Part shown: piece by piece, positions 9,852 through 30,337 of the stretch
Position numbering within the stretch: position 1 is the first letter of the stretch
How the letters are laid out: the number at the start of each line of letters is the position of its first letter
From: Perkinsus olseni
Taxonomy: Eukaryota
Assembly: GCA_013115125.1 (NCBI GenBank)
Contig: JABANN010000027.1
Span: forward strand, 1 to 64,000
Length of the DNA stretch: 64,000 nt
Reading direction: 5' to 3'
Made by a program: the position numbers and the translations under genes
Notes under the pieces: generated by a model
What the model saw: the letters and a program-made list of their open reading frames with translations, nothing else
Told to the model about the DNA's origin: nothing
Databases searched by the model: none

Positions 9852-12800
9852 TCAGGAGCACGCGTGAATTGTTACTTTCCGTAACATGCGGCCGCTAGCC
9901 CTAGCGTCTGCCGTTCTGCATTTGGCTTTGTGAGCCTCGGTGGCCACTCGTAACCATGCTCTCGTTATTCGAAGGCCTCGACTACATCTGAGTGCAAACG
10001 TATAACACCGAACGCGGTCTTCTCTAGCAACAGCTGCAGCTTCTCTCAGCATAGCCAGGACGCGTCTCAGGATATCTAAGGAGATTGTGGATGGGCCGAT
10101 GGCCCCTACCGGGCTCACTTTCCTCCTGGAATTCGCTGGCCACAGCCGAGAGCCTCCGGAAATCCTCCGACCACATTGTGAAGGCCTTGATGCTCTTCAG
10201 CCTGATGACCATAAGGTACCACCGGTCGGCCTTCAGCTCTCGGAATCTCCTCTCCTCAACAGCCTCAATAAATCCTCCAAGTCCCTTCCTCAGCGTTGTC
10301 CTCATCCATAAACTCTCAGCAAGTCGCAATTTATCCATGATAACAGCTCGGTTCCGTCCAATTGCTTGCCGCCTTAGTCTGCGGAGCTTCATGTGCTCGT
10401 GCCTCCGCCACTCTTCATTAGTCTCTCGTGAGGCCTCGTCGGCGATTGTCATGCGATGTTGTTCTGCTCGCCGTTCTTCCCGGGACAGCTTGGCACACCT
10501 CGAGTGTTGAGCTCGTTCGTACATGCGTAGCACCTCCGGCGGTGTGCGCAAAGGCGTCGCCTTCCTGCGGACCGTGGGGACTCTAAAAATACCGGGGCGA
10601 AGAGTAACCAGAGTCTCGGCTGTGAACGGAGGAACAGCTTGTGATGCTTTTGAAGAGCCATACTTCCGCCTCCGCCGAGGAGCTCCTTCTCGAGTCGAAT
10701 TCCTCAGAATAGCGTGCTCGGTAGAACCACTTGTTGGTCGGTTGGGCGCTCCGACTCTGTCAAGCTCTCGAGGACTTGGCGGGGCTTCGGGTCGTCGTGA
10801 TAGAGCTGCAGCAACCCTAGCATAAAGTTGACCGGGTTCGTGTACCCTGAGGGGGGCGATCATAATCACAGCTCCAGGACAGATGATTTCCGAGGCAACT
10901 AACCTCTGAGCCGCTACGGTGCGCCATCTCCTCCACACCCTTCTCGAGACTTGCAACGCGTGCCAACGTGCCATGTCCGTGGCTCTCAACTCCTCTCTGG
11001 CCATCTCCATACGCCGCCACATTATCGACCTCGTCTCATTCAACCAAGCGTGAAATTTTTTGCTCTTCACCAGCCGGCTTTGCATTCCCCGTGTCTACAG
11101 CGGGGACGTCCACTCGACTCAGATGCTTTGGAGCGGCTCACTTTCGCAGTGAGAAGTTTCCAATTCACAGTAGCTCTCAGGAGCTCTTTGAAACCCTTCC
11201 GCACCAGAATTCGGCCTTGCCGTTGCTGCCATAGGGAGATCGTTGACACCAGACTGAGCGGGCGTGGTAGGTGCGACCAGAGCATGAACCCGCTTACTTC
11301 TCCACGTTCCGTTGCCACCTAGCATACTGCCGTTCATCACGCTCGTTCACCGGGTCTCTGCGAGCGGGTATGCACGATGCCCGACCATTTGAAGGAGCAG
11401 TCGGGCTTCTCATCCGACGCCGGCATTCGGCCCTAATCTCGACTCGGTGTCTGGTGGTTCTCCCAAGAGTTTGGCGGCCGCCCCTCGTGAATGAAGGGGT
11501 CATTGCCTTTGCTTCGGCCTCCCGGCGGCCACGCAGCTCCTCCAGTTCCCTCCTGACTTGTGCTCTGGCGATTTCCAATATTCTCCGGTCGTCTAAGGTT
11601 GTGTCCTGACTGGCATTAACTTCACTGGCGACCTCTGGAGGTGCCATAGTCTGTAGCGGCCCCTGGGTCGACTGCCGGGCGTTGACGAATGCACGCCGCT
11701 TTACTTCCCTATCCCGTCTCCTAGCCTCCATCGAATACACCTGCAAGAAGGCTGCGCCGTTCGTTGTGGGGCAGTCGTGTTACAGTGTCGTCGAAGCGCG
11801 GGACTGCCCGCGGGCCTTGGCTATGAATCTTGGTCGACGATTTTCCCATTGGTTGTGCTGTTGGATTCGAGAGGCGCTGTAGGACCTAGGAGCGGCTCTT
11901 AGGCGCTAATCTGTACGGAAGCCCTCTGTTGTCATACACGAGCTGCCAGGGCTGCGTCTCGGTCGTCGGTGCCTTTGGCCGCACATAGCTCACTCAACTT
12001 GGCTATACTATGTCGCTTCATGATGCGCGAAGGTCGGTCGTGTTGTGGTGTCCTATCAGGTCTCCGTGTTTGATCATCGAGCAAGGCTCCGGAGTCAGTA
12101 GGCCATCGGCTGCTCTTCAGTCCAACCTCCAACTTGGCTGATTCATCTTGGACGCCCACCCAGGACTTCAACAGCGCTCCTGAATCGCAGGAAAAATCTT
12201 GGGAAGAGTTCTCTTTCCCGGCCGAGACGACTGACTACTGAACACCGGAGAAGTACTCCCCCTTAGATGTCTCTGAATAACAACATCTCTAGACTGTGTG
12301 TGGGCTAGCAATTGTGGCTAGCTCGAAGGGACGAATGCCATTTGTCTCACGCGCGGTGTTCCTGTCCCTCGAGTTCTCCTTATTGTCCGAGTAATTCACT
12401 CGCTTGTTGAGGAAGCTGTGGGCTGAGGTCAACCGCGAGTCGAGCATGAACGAAAGTAAATCCTCTAGATCTGCTCAGGGGACACCAAGGTGGCTCTGTG
12501 TTTCCAATAGAAGTCGACTCTCTCGTCAATTGACGAACTGGGTACACAAGAGAACGGAGGATGAGGACAGCAGGATAAACAGTAACACATCGGGTGCATG
12601 AACAACGAGCGTTTGAGGCGTAGCTAAACGGGAAGGCTTCTGGAGGCCTCGTAGCGATCTCGGAGAGCTTTGTCGAGGTCGTTCCGCAAGACTTGGATAT
12701 GCTGCTGTAGATGGAGAACCATGTCGAAGCCCTCCGGTTGGCCGGAGCTCAGATTGAGGTTCTGAGAGGAAAGAAGGGGATGGCACCGAATCGGTCGAGC

Positions 12801-15800
12801 GCCGAGGCAAGCCGAATTCCTCGGCTCACCCGAAGTTCACAGAGTTCTCGCTGGAGGCGGCAAACCTCCACCTCAGCGCACTCAGCTCGGTGCCGCTCAT
12901 CATCCAGAATCGGGCCCAAGGGGCATGATCCGCCAGCCTGTGGAAAGCGGAGGCACTTCAAGAGCTGTCGAGAGGTCTAGTGTACTTGGACCGCCCTGAG
13001 GTCCTCAATGAGCTGCAGTACTTCAGCTTCCGCTCTTTCGGCTCGCCGTCGTTCGGCATCGAGTGCGGGGGCTATATCGGAATACTGAAATGACTACAGT
13101 GATTCTCCAGACGACTCGAAGCCGATATAGCGATTGTCTGGAGTTCGTCGTGTAGCGTCGTACCTCTCCGTCAGCCTGCTCGGCTCCGCTCACCTCCGAG
13201 CGTGAAGTGCCGTGCCCGACCTCAGCGCTAACGTGTGTTACTTCATGCTGAAGGGAGATGACCGTTGGAATCATGGAATGCGTTATGATGTGCCCCACTC
13301 TCCTGATCTCCTCTCGAAGGCGTCGCACCTCTGCCTCGGCACGGGCGGCTCTCTCCCGTTCCTGGTCGATGATTCGAGCTAGGTCAGGTTTCTGAAGGCG
13401 AGATACTCTAAGCGGCAGTCGTAAGGCGAGGACTCGGGCAGGAACCGAGTTACGTGGCCTTGTTCGAACGCCTCCAGCTCATCTTGTAGGCGCCTGATCT
13501 CTCCCTCGGTCCGCTCTGCACTAAGCTGCTCCCGATGCATCATGACCGCCTGAGAAGGGTCAGTCTTCGGAGGGCCCAAGTCCGATATTCCAACAAAGTC
13601 TTCTCGCAACTGCCGCAGCTCAGCCTCGGCGTACTCAGCTCGAGGGTTCTCTCCTCCCGCTGCACTATGGGTGCCCTAACCAAAGGCAGGAGATGTAGCA
13701 TTCGGTAACCAGCACGCGACCGTCGAGGCGAGAGGCGACCGAATGACCGACCCGCAGCCTGTGGATCTCATCCATCATTCTCGCGACTTCCCTCTCGAGT
13801 TTCTCAGCACGACGGTGTTCCGATTCCAAAGCTGAGGCTAGATCGGGCGACTGAAGCGGTTCTTCGCGTCGGCCGGTATCCAGGGTCGACCCTCGTCTAC
13901 CTCAGATCGCTGGTATCTCGTGATTTCTCTCTTCAAACGTCTCAGCTCCTCTTCTGCGGCGTCAGCTCGGCGCGTCATTGCGTAGTTGCCTCCACCGTAC
14001 TCCTGAAAGCTCACTGCAACTCCTGTCAGCTTTGGCTCATTGCTGTGCACTTGGCTTCTCCGTATCTCTTCCTTGAGCCTGCGGACCTCCGCCTCAGCGA
14101 GGTCAGCCCTCCTCCTCTCTCCCTCCAGCATTGGTGTCAAACCCGAGATCTGAATAAAACCGTCACCTCCGTCGTACAGGCCATCACCGCGCTGCCAGCA
14201 GGTCACCGCACTACAAGCTTACGCCGCGGCTCTTCAGGATTGCCTCCAACTCTGCCACCTCCATTTCAGCTCTGGTCGCCCTGTGCCGTGCGTCGGCCAA
14301 GAGGGCTGCTAGGTCGGGAGCCTACCGGCGCAGCGGCATATAACCCTCCGCGTCAAAGTATTCGCTCACCCATCCGCTCTCGTAAGAATAGAGCTCATCT
14401 CGGAGTCTGTCGATTTCCGACTGCAGGACGTAGATCGTGGAGTCACCGGGTGCCGAGGAGCCCTCTCTCTGAGGAGAACCAATTTGAGGGAAGCATCCAA
14501 GGCTAAGAATGGTAGCCCTATCCCCAGCCAGCGAATACTTCACTTGTGCCTCATGAGCTCAGAGAGTGCTCAGATTCTTGCTTGGCCTCGGGAATATTAA
14601 GCGGGATAGCGGAGAATGATGGCTTACCGCGAGGGGCAGGGAAGCCACTGCTGGACCCTCCCGTGTAGGGGATAGCACCTCAGCCTTGTGACGATGTTCT
14701 GGACGACTCTTACTCTGAGACGACAGCCTAAGAACCGCGAGCATGTGAGCTAAACCGAGGGTTACTGATCTCCTCAGCATCTCCACTTCTTCACGGAGTC
14801 GCTTCACTTCGGCGTCGTCGCTGGCCCCAACACTCTTCAAACCCCGGCCATGATACTTCCCATCATCATTCCCAGAAGAGCCCGATTTTGCCCGATAAGG
14901 GCCCTGAGGTGGAGGAGGCGTATCTTCCCGCCACCGAGGTGAACCCGTGTAAGTTTCATTGCCACCTGCTGTTTCCGTTTTGGATCATCGATCTCTCTCA
15001 GCAGGGTTTCTCCCCTCCTTCGCTCCGCTTCAATATTAGATTTGGCCGTAGCTTCCTGACATATAGCACAGCTCACCTGTAGTGCGGAGAAAGTGTGCCT
15101 ACGAGCTCCGCTCCGCCCTGCTCAAGACGCTCGTTAGCATCACGCTCAGCCGCCAAGGCTGCCTTTGCTTCACGCAGCTCCTCCCTCGAGGAGTCTCTCT
15201 CCCCGGCCAGAACGCCGCAGTCTGCTCGAGCGCTCTCCAAGGCCCTTTCCAGGTCCCTGCGACTAGCCAAATCAGCCTGTAATTTGGAATTGTCCTTTCC
15301 CGCTGCCTTCAGGAGGCGCTCTAACTGCGGTACTCGAGAACCATAGCGCAGCCGCACCCTCAGGTGCCATTCATGGTGGTTCTTCTGCAGGCGGATCGTG
15401 AAGAGACCGCGGTCCGAGAGGCTCATGATGAAGTGACCGGCGACCTCCTCTCCGGTGCGGTCCGCAATCATGAGAAGGTCTAGCGGCACATCACCATCTG
15501 TAGGGGAGCATCCCTTCCCAGAGCCATCCCCCAGCTGCAGCATCCCCGCAGCTGACCATTGACTATGGTCGATGGAGACCTCCACTTCAACAGCATAAGG
15601 CCGGCTACTCCAGTCCACGGGCAGCCGGAACTCACAGACCCCCGAGCGATTGCCGGAGACGCCACTGAGGAAGCCATCAACGTAGCCGCCCTCAGACACC
15701 CTCTTCAGCAGATTCTTCAGCCGTTCGCACTCGTTTACCATCTGCGGGTCAGCAAGGTCCGCCTGGGTCCCAACATTCGGTCCCTCAGTATACCGCGGTT

Positions 15801-16925
15801 CATTCAGTCTTTCGGTGAGCTCTTCAGCCTTCCGGCGGGCAGCTTCTAGGGCCCGTTCGAGCTCTCGGATGCGAGCGATGTCCCGAGAGCGCTCCTCAGC
15901 TCTGAGTTCTTCAAGGTTGGTGATTTGCATCTCTAGGTCCTTGCATCTAGCCTTCTCGTGCTCTAACAGTTTAGTCTGAAAGTAACCAGCATCACCATGG
16001 TGGCGGTCACACTATCACCGTCGGTCAGTAAACGCCTTACACTGAGCTATATGACGAAAGACATGTTTCACAGGGTATCCTTAGGTTGAACAATGCCCGG
16101 GAAGAGTTCCGACGATTTCTGCAGACATGATCCTAACTTACTATGGATTCAATTTGAGCCTTATGTTCATGAGTCTTTGCATTAAAGCTCTCTGCCTCCA
16201 TCTTGTACCCCGCGACTTCCTCTTTTAGTTGAGCATTCTCTCCAGCCAACTCAGACGATTGCCTCTCGCTGGCCATCAACAACGCTTTCAGACGACTGAC
16301 TTCCTCTTCGAGAGTTCGGATACGCGCTTCGTACATGTTTGAATTTTCAGTGGCTTCTAGAATAGTTTGACGGAGTTCCTCCTCTAAGCGCGATAGTTTT
16401 TCGGTGAATAATCGGGTTCGCTTGGCAGCCGCATCTTCCAGCTGCCTTGCCTCGTCGTAAAGGCCATTGATGCGAGTGCCTTCGGCGTGGATCTCCTCGG
16501 AAAGATGATGATCAGGCAGAGGCGCATGGGCCGAGATGGACTTCAACACCTCAACGGTCTCGTCTTGTCTGAGGATACTACGGAATAGAGCAGCTCTCTC
16601 GAACTATCAGGAGAAACGTCTTAGATAAGTTCATGCATTTATGGTACCGTACCATTGGTACGATTAACCTCTCATTGACTCGTACAGGAGTATCAAGTCG
16701 AACATTTCGAGAAAGGAACATGTCAATGTAAGAAAAGATACGCACAAAGGAACATTCCAATTGACCAATACGGGAGAGTTGTGTTGACGAGCTATCGTAC
16801 GGGAAGAGGCAAAGGCCATGCTGGGGTTACCTGTCCATAACAATCCTCTCGGCCATGCGGTAGTGAGGGGCTCGCATTCGACCAGACGAGCTCCCTATAG
16901 AACTTCTCTCACTCCCCTCTTGCAT
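9852..16925 (-). CDS. Large multi-exon coiled-coil protein with a central exon-repeat region and a Trp/Arg-rich Sfi1-like C-terminus (possibly centrosomal/cytoskeletal)
   Basis: Heptad-rich exons (16133-16549, 15073-15930), repeated ERRRA-x-AEAEV-RL motifs at 12830-15050, and C-terminal motifs FHAWLNE, RRVWRRWR, KAFTMWSE. In-phase GT-AG introns confirmed near 11296, 11136 and 10118. Ends are approximate and the region could be two genes. Confidence 0.6.
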
Positions 16926-17343
16926 ATCATGGGTGAAACAGCGATGACGACAAGTCAATTGGTGAAAAGCGACGAGACAAAACTTGATCACTTGGCGTAT
17001 CTCGCATTTCCCTAACGCCAAACGCAAGCACCTTACTGTTACCCCTTGGTGCTACAGAAAGAGCTTTTTCTACCGGTCCCGCCGCGTTTCGAGTCTGTCC
17101 AGTAGCTTCACAGAGGACTCCAGGCGGGCTCTCTACGTTTTATGCAACTAAATCCGCGAACGTACTCAGCAGAATGAGGAACGTGCGCCGTGAAGGGGAA
17201 GGGGTGGCCAGGCTAGACCTACTGCCTTTCTCAAGGCGACCCAACGGAAGCCTCCCTGCGACGATAGTCTGCCTCCCGGTGACCTCATCGCTGTCTCGGG
17301 GAAATTGTGTGCTCTGCCATACCGTGGAGTGGCGCTAACCTAA

Positions 17344-18462
<1,119 letters not shown>

Positions 18463-18769
18463 TGTCGCTGCAGCCCTGGTAGTGAAGGCAGCGGCGATTT
18501 TTGGGTCTCGAGAGAAGCATTGAAGGAGTATGCTGTTAAGTAGACCTGCTTCTCATTGTGTACCATCGATCCTCTACTACTATCTAACGCCCTTCCTTCT
18601 CCAAGGCTGACTTGTGTTCATGATTGTTTGGCTCGGAGAGACGCCGTCCCCTCGGATCGACCCCAGGACCCTGCTCTTCACACTGCTCCGAGTAATCGCC
18701 CCGGCCACTGTAGGCTACATTTCTGTGACGGTAGTGAACGCAGTGGCTCGTAGATGAGACGGCTAGTGG

Positions 18770-20567
18770 CAGAGGTCCTTAGTGAGATACTGAGATTTCC
18801 TTCGGATCGTGGCACAAGGCCTCCTCAGAGGGACTCAGCTTTTGAAGTAGCAACTCTCTGTAGGGGGCGTCCATGGCCGCGCTTTGGTTTAGCTACTAAG
18901 TGCTCTCCTGAGGTCAGCGCGGGTCTAGAAAGCCAAGGGTTCTATCAAGTACCAAGGCAAGCTGCCGTTCTCGTTCCTTCACTTACTGCACAACGCAAAC
19001 GCATGCTGTTCACGACAGCAAGTGTGACATCGTCATGGACAGGCACCTGGTTTGCCGTCGATTGGCAGCGATGCCTACCGTGGAATCATCAAAGGAGGCC
19101 GCAGGGCTAGCATAACTATTACCTCGGCTACCATCGTCCAGGACTCGCGAACTCTTGATCGGAGCTCCGTTATGAAGTCAAGGTTCGACGCCATCAATTG
19201 CCGTGCTTCGGACGAGCTCTGTGCTTCACACTGTGACTGATACTGACGGATGAACTCAGCCCAGCAGGTATCAATAGCCTCGAATGCGCGGCTCCCTCTG
19301 ACGATCTCCTCAATGCCCTGGCCTTGAGGCTCGATCTCGTCTGGTCTCGACCTGTCATCGGCCGGCTCAGTACGTGGATCGTTTCGCGCCGATGGCCTGA
19401 GGCAAAACGGCTTGTTGCTGCACTGTGCACTCGTGTGGCGGTGTGCGGACGTGGTCCCAGTCAAGCCATGGCGATCCACTGCGGACTGCTCGTCCATCAT
19501 GCACACTACTCACAGTTCATCGTCCATCAGTGGACGATCAGGGACGCTCATCCGCAATAGCCGGTTGAGAGCTGACCGTAGAAAAACGGGCTGATCAGGG
19601 TCGGAGGGGATTGTCTGAGGCGAATACTCATCGGCACCATCCACCACCTTTCCGATCGCAACTCTCACGGCGAAAACGGTGCAGTCTCACCCGGGGAAAC
19701 AAACGCTCCCCCTCTTCGTCGTAGACGTGAAGTGCCTCAGGGATTGGACCGAGGGGGTGCTCATGTTCGCTGCTAGCAGTATCATCTTGTATGGCGGTCT
19801 CTTGACGTCCTGAAGCCTCGTCGTACCCGGCTGACAGTAGTGCGATATGGCACTCCGGATCAATCGGACCTTCCATCTCATCTTCTGGTGATGCTTTGCG
19901 AGCAAGATGGGACTCAGTGGTTCCACTGCTCGCGATCTCTGCCAAGCTTGACCGCGCGACGTAATCGCTATAGCTTGTGTGTTGTACGATCTCTGCTGCT
20001 CGTTTCAGCCAGAAGCTCTGATCAGTCACAGGAGGGGTACTCTGGTCACTCGTTGGGACTTTCTGTAGTCCAATTCTTCCATGGCCCCGAGAAATGCGGT
20101 AGAGATTCCTTGGCGGGGGGTGCGGTACCTGACACGAATCATGTAACACGCGCACGCACGAGAGTGCCCAAATCCAGCATACTCACTAGTTTCTTCCGAG
20201 GTAAGTGTAGGCGGTCCTGTATTAGTTCATGGTGATCATCCTCTAGCCTCGAGGTTGTGCGTGAAGATACAATAGGAAGCTCCTTCGATACTGGGACTAA
20301 TGTCAACTGGTCGTCGTCACAACGGTTGGGTTTTCGTATCTTAGTCTGTCAGGCATAGTCATGGCGGCCGCACCGTATCAACCCTCTTGCCTCAACATCT
20401 CCGGGATCCCCTGGTACCCGGAACTGGTAGGATTTCATAGGGATGGGCTCCAGAGTGGTAGATCCGACGACCAGACTGACGAATAGATCAGAAGCACTGT
20501 CATCCCCGGTGAAACCATCCTGGGATCGATCTCCACGGGGAAGTGGGGGAATGCGTTGATGCACCAT
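18770..20567 (-). CDS. Hypothetical multi-exon protein
   Basis: An in-phase GT-AG join links HLPRKKL (about 20190) to VPHPPPR (ORF 19628-20155), and a further exon-like ORF lies at 19075-19506. No recognisable domain; ends uncertain. Confidence 0.45.
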
Positions 20568-20670
20568 TATTCAAACTCCCTGCTTTGCGAGCGGCCTCCG
20601 CTGTGGGGCGTTTGCAGGTGTCTTCCTCTCATCAACTATATACTCCCCGTTCTGTGCCGCTCAGACATCA

Positions 20671-20742
20671 GGGCGTATGATGTAGTGGTATCACGTCTGC
20701 TTCGCATGCAGAAGGCCCTGGGTTCAAATCCCGGTACGTCCA
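20671..20742 (+). tRNA. tRNA-Ala (anticodon CGC)
   Basis: Cloverleaf: acceptor GGGCGTA/TACGTCC with the G3:U70 Ala identity pair, anticodon stem TCTGC/GCAGA with loop TT-CGC-AT (20703-20705), T arm CTGGG-TTCAAAT-CCCGG, discriminator A. Confidence 0.95.
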
Positions 20743-20744
20743 GA

Positions 20745-20748
20745 TTTT
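20745..20748 (+). terminator. Putative Pol III terminator (TTTT)
   Basis: A T4 run starts 3 nt after the tRNA 3' end. Confidence 0.6.
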
Positions 20749-21466
20749 CAAACTCATCTTGTTCTCCCCTTTCGATACGCTTCATTCTTAATGATATCAC
20801 GTCGATTAACTACGAAGTCCTTGGTTCCATCCTCCAAGCCAGGGTGGGAGCCCCCACGGCGGGACCTGCACCGCTTTGATGCCGCCCGAGGTGTTCTGCG
20901 CAAACACGGAAAATTTGACAAAAATGATCGTCAAGACCAACGACACTTCACCAGCATACAGCGTTCAGGATAAGGAAAGAGCTGAGAACGAGAAACGAAC
21001 ACAATGTAGAGATGTAGAAAATGATCTCCACAAACTAGCATACTCGATTCCGTACTTGTGCCTCGCTCCTAGAGATTACAGGCTGTCACTTTAGATGTCG
21101 TCTTTAAGATTTAACCGGAAATTACACACGGTTTGGGCTACCCTTCTCCCTGATTGCCGCCTAAGACCCTACACACGTCGTGTATCAGTCTAAGCTGCCC
21201 TCCAAACTGAACGCAGTACCAACACGACGTCTCTCCTTGAAAAACAAAGTATGACACTGCTGCTGTCGCTGCAGCTGCTCGAGCACTGCAACCGTCCACA
21301 TTCTCACAGCGGTGTTACTCCAATCTGACACATACTACATCAACTAACAGTCCTGGTGGTAAACTCTATTTCGGAAAATTCACCAGACGACCGTCGCCTC
21401 GACGCCAAAAACGAAAAACGAAGCGCCCAATGCGCAGCCTACCTTGTTCGGCTATACACTCAAGAG

Positions 21467-21577
21467 TCACTCCAGCTTGTCCCCTATGGGTTTGGCGTTA
21501 CAGTAGGTGTAGAAGAATATCAGCACTACGGCAATGGTGCCGACTAGGTTGCATCCGAAGTAAACTTCGTATTCCAT
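21467..21577 (-). CDS. OST4: OST4-like oligosaccharyltransferase small subunit (36 aa)
   Basis: MEYEVYFGCNLVGTIAVVLIFFYTYCNAKPHRDKLE*. Size and pattern match OST4: acidic N-terminus, N-x-x-G, a single hydrophobic helix, Y-x-Y and a charged tail. Preceded by a pyrimidine tract and TCAG acceptor. Below the ORF-track cutoff. Confidence 0.75.
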   Translation of the reverse strand: MEYEVYFGCNLVGTIAVVLIFFYTYCNAKPIGDKLE

Positions 21578-22675
21578 CGGAACGGAGGAGCAACGAAAAC
21601 TGACACAGAGAGTCAACCGACTTAGTTGAAGTCACTGGCGGCACGGCAATCTGCGCGGAGCTGCATTCCAGGTCCACAGGCTGACAACAGCCGGATTCCG
21701 AGGGATTGAACGAAGGCTCGATAGCAGTCGCCAGAGAGTAGTGAGCGACCGAGCGATATGACAAAGGCACGATAGCGAGGGATGCAATAGACAGAACATT
21801 CATCTGGCAGCATATGGGATTCCTCGGGGTACCTCAGCGACGGCAGCGGCAACCAGGTGCAATACCGAGATAGTAAACGACGTACCATTGAACTGCCACT
21901 CGTAATTTACAAAGGCTATCAGTCATAGACAGTTGATAGACGTGAAGGATAACAGAATGAGAGGAACAGCGTGTAGGGGGCGCGTGCGCCGTGATCCATT
22001 CCACGTACGTTGGCAGGATATGTGTTTTGGCCATCCCGTCCCCAGTTCCAAATCGACCATTGCGAGCCACTAACCCCCCGAGCCGCGACCACTGGGCTGT
22101 TAAATAAACACGAGCGAGTTCGTTCCTAGGAAAGATGGTGAAATGCAGACACCTAAGGAAAAAGTATATTTTCTAAGGAAGAAATCTCGCTCGCCCGAAA
22201 ATACGCCGGCGCGTCGTGCGGGCACGCGCGCGTACAAGACAGCGACTGAAGGTTACTTCGGCTGGTAGGCGTTAAAAAAAGAAAACCAAGACCTAGTGGA
22301 GTACAGACCGTAACCCCCGTGATGAATGCTTAGCGGTGATTGGATGAATTACTTGAGCGCCCTCAATAAATGTGGCCGTGCAGGGGCATAGACCGTCCAA
22401 CTTAATGTTAATGCTGTGATAACAGGTACAAAGACCGATCCTGCTGCTGCTGTCACCGATTGAATCTGCATGCCGTGAGAATGAGGGTCCGAAGCAGCAC
22501 CAAGTCTCCTTCGTCCCGCTCTTTGCGTTACGCGGAGTTCTTAGGGGGGGGGCTTGGGTGGTGGCAGTGACAGATCGATCCTCGATCACCATCGAGGACG
22601 TAAAGAGCCGCAACCTGGAGTGGGTTCACAGCCTTCCGCAGTATTTTTCCTCTGTTCGGGCCATTAGTTGTGGAC

Positions 22676-30058
<7,383 letters not shown>

Positions 30059-30337
30059 GGCTAGCGCGTTGACGTTATGATGGCCTTCCTCTCGGTTTGG
30101 GAGAGATGCCAGCAATGCCTTCCAATGCCTCCTCTGTGAGCTGGCAAAACGCCACCACAGGGCTGACCGTTCTTACTTTAGCGTCCTATCAATATAGAGT
30201 ATTCGTCACACACTGGCTATTTAACGATGGTTTCATCATGAAAGTGTTGAGCGCATTCACACATGCTGGGCGGCGAGGGCTGGGGAAAGGATCTCTTTGG
30301 GAGAGATGGGCTCTTGCGCGGTAGTTTTATTTTTAGC

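Noticed and set aside
13087-13200. Apparent compensating frameshifts within a coiled-coil repeat unit
   Set aside because: An in-phase GTACGA...TTTCAG intron explains the frame change without lesions.
20790-21400. Exon/intron-like segments on the plus strand after the tRNA
   Set aside because: Splice-like signals exist, but no start codon or coherent product could be assembled.
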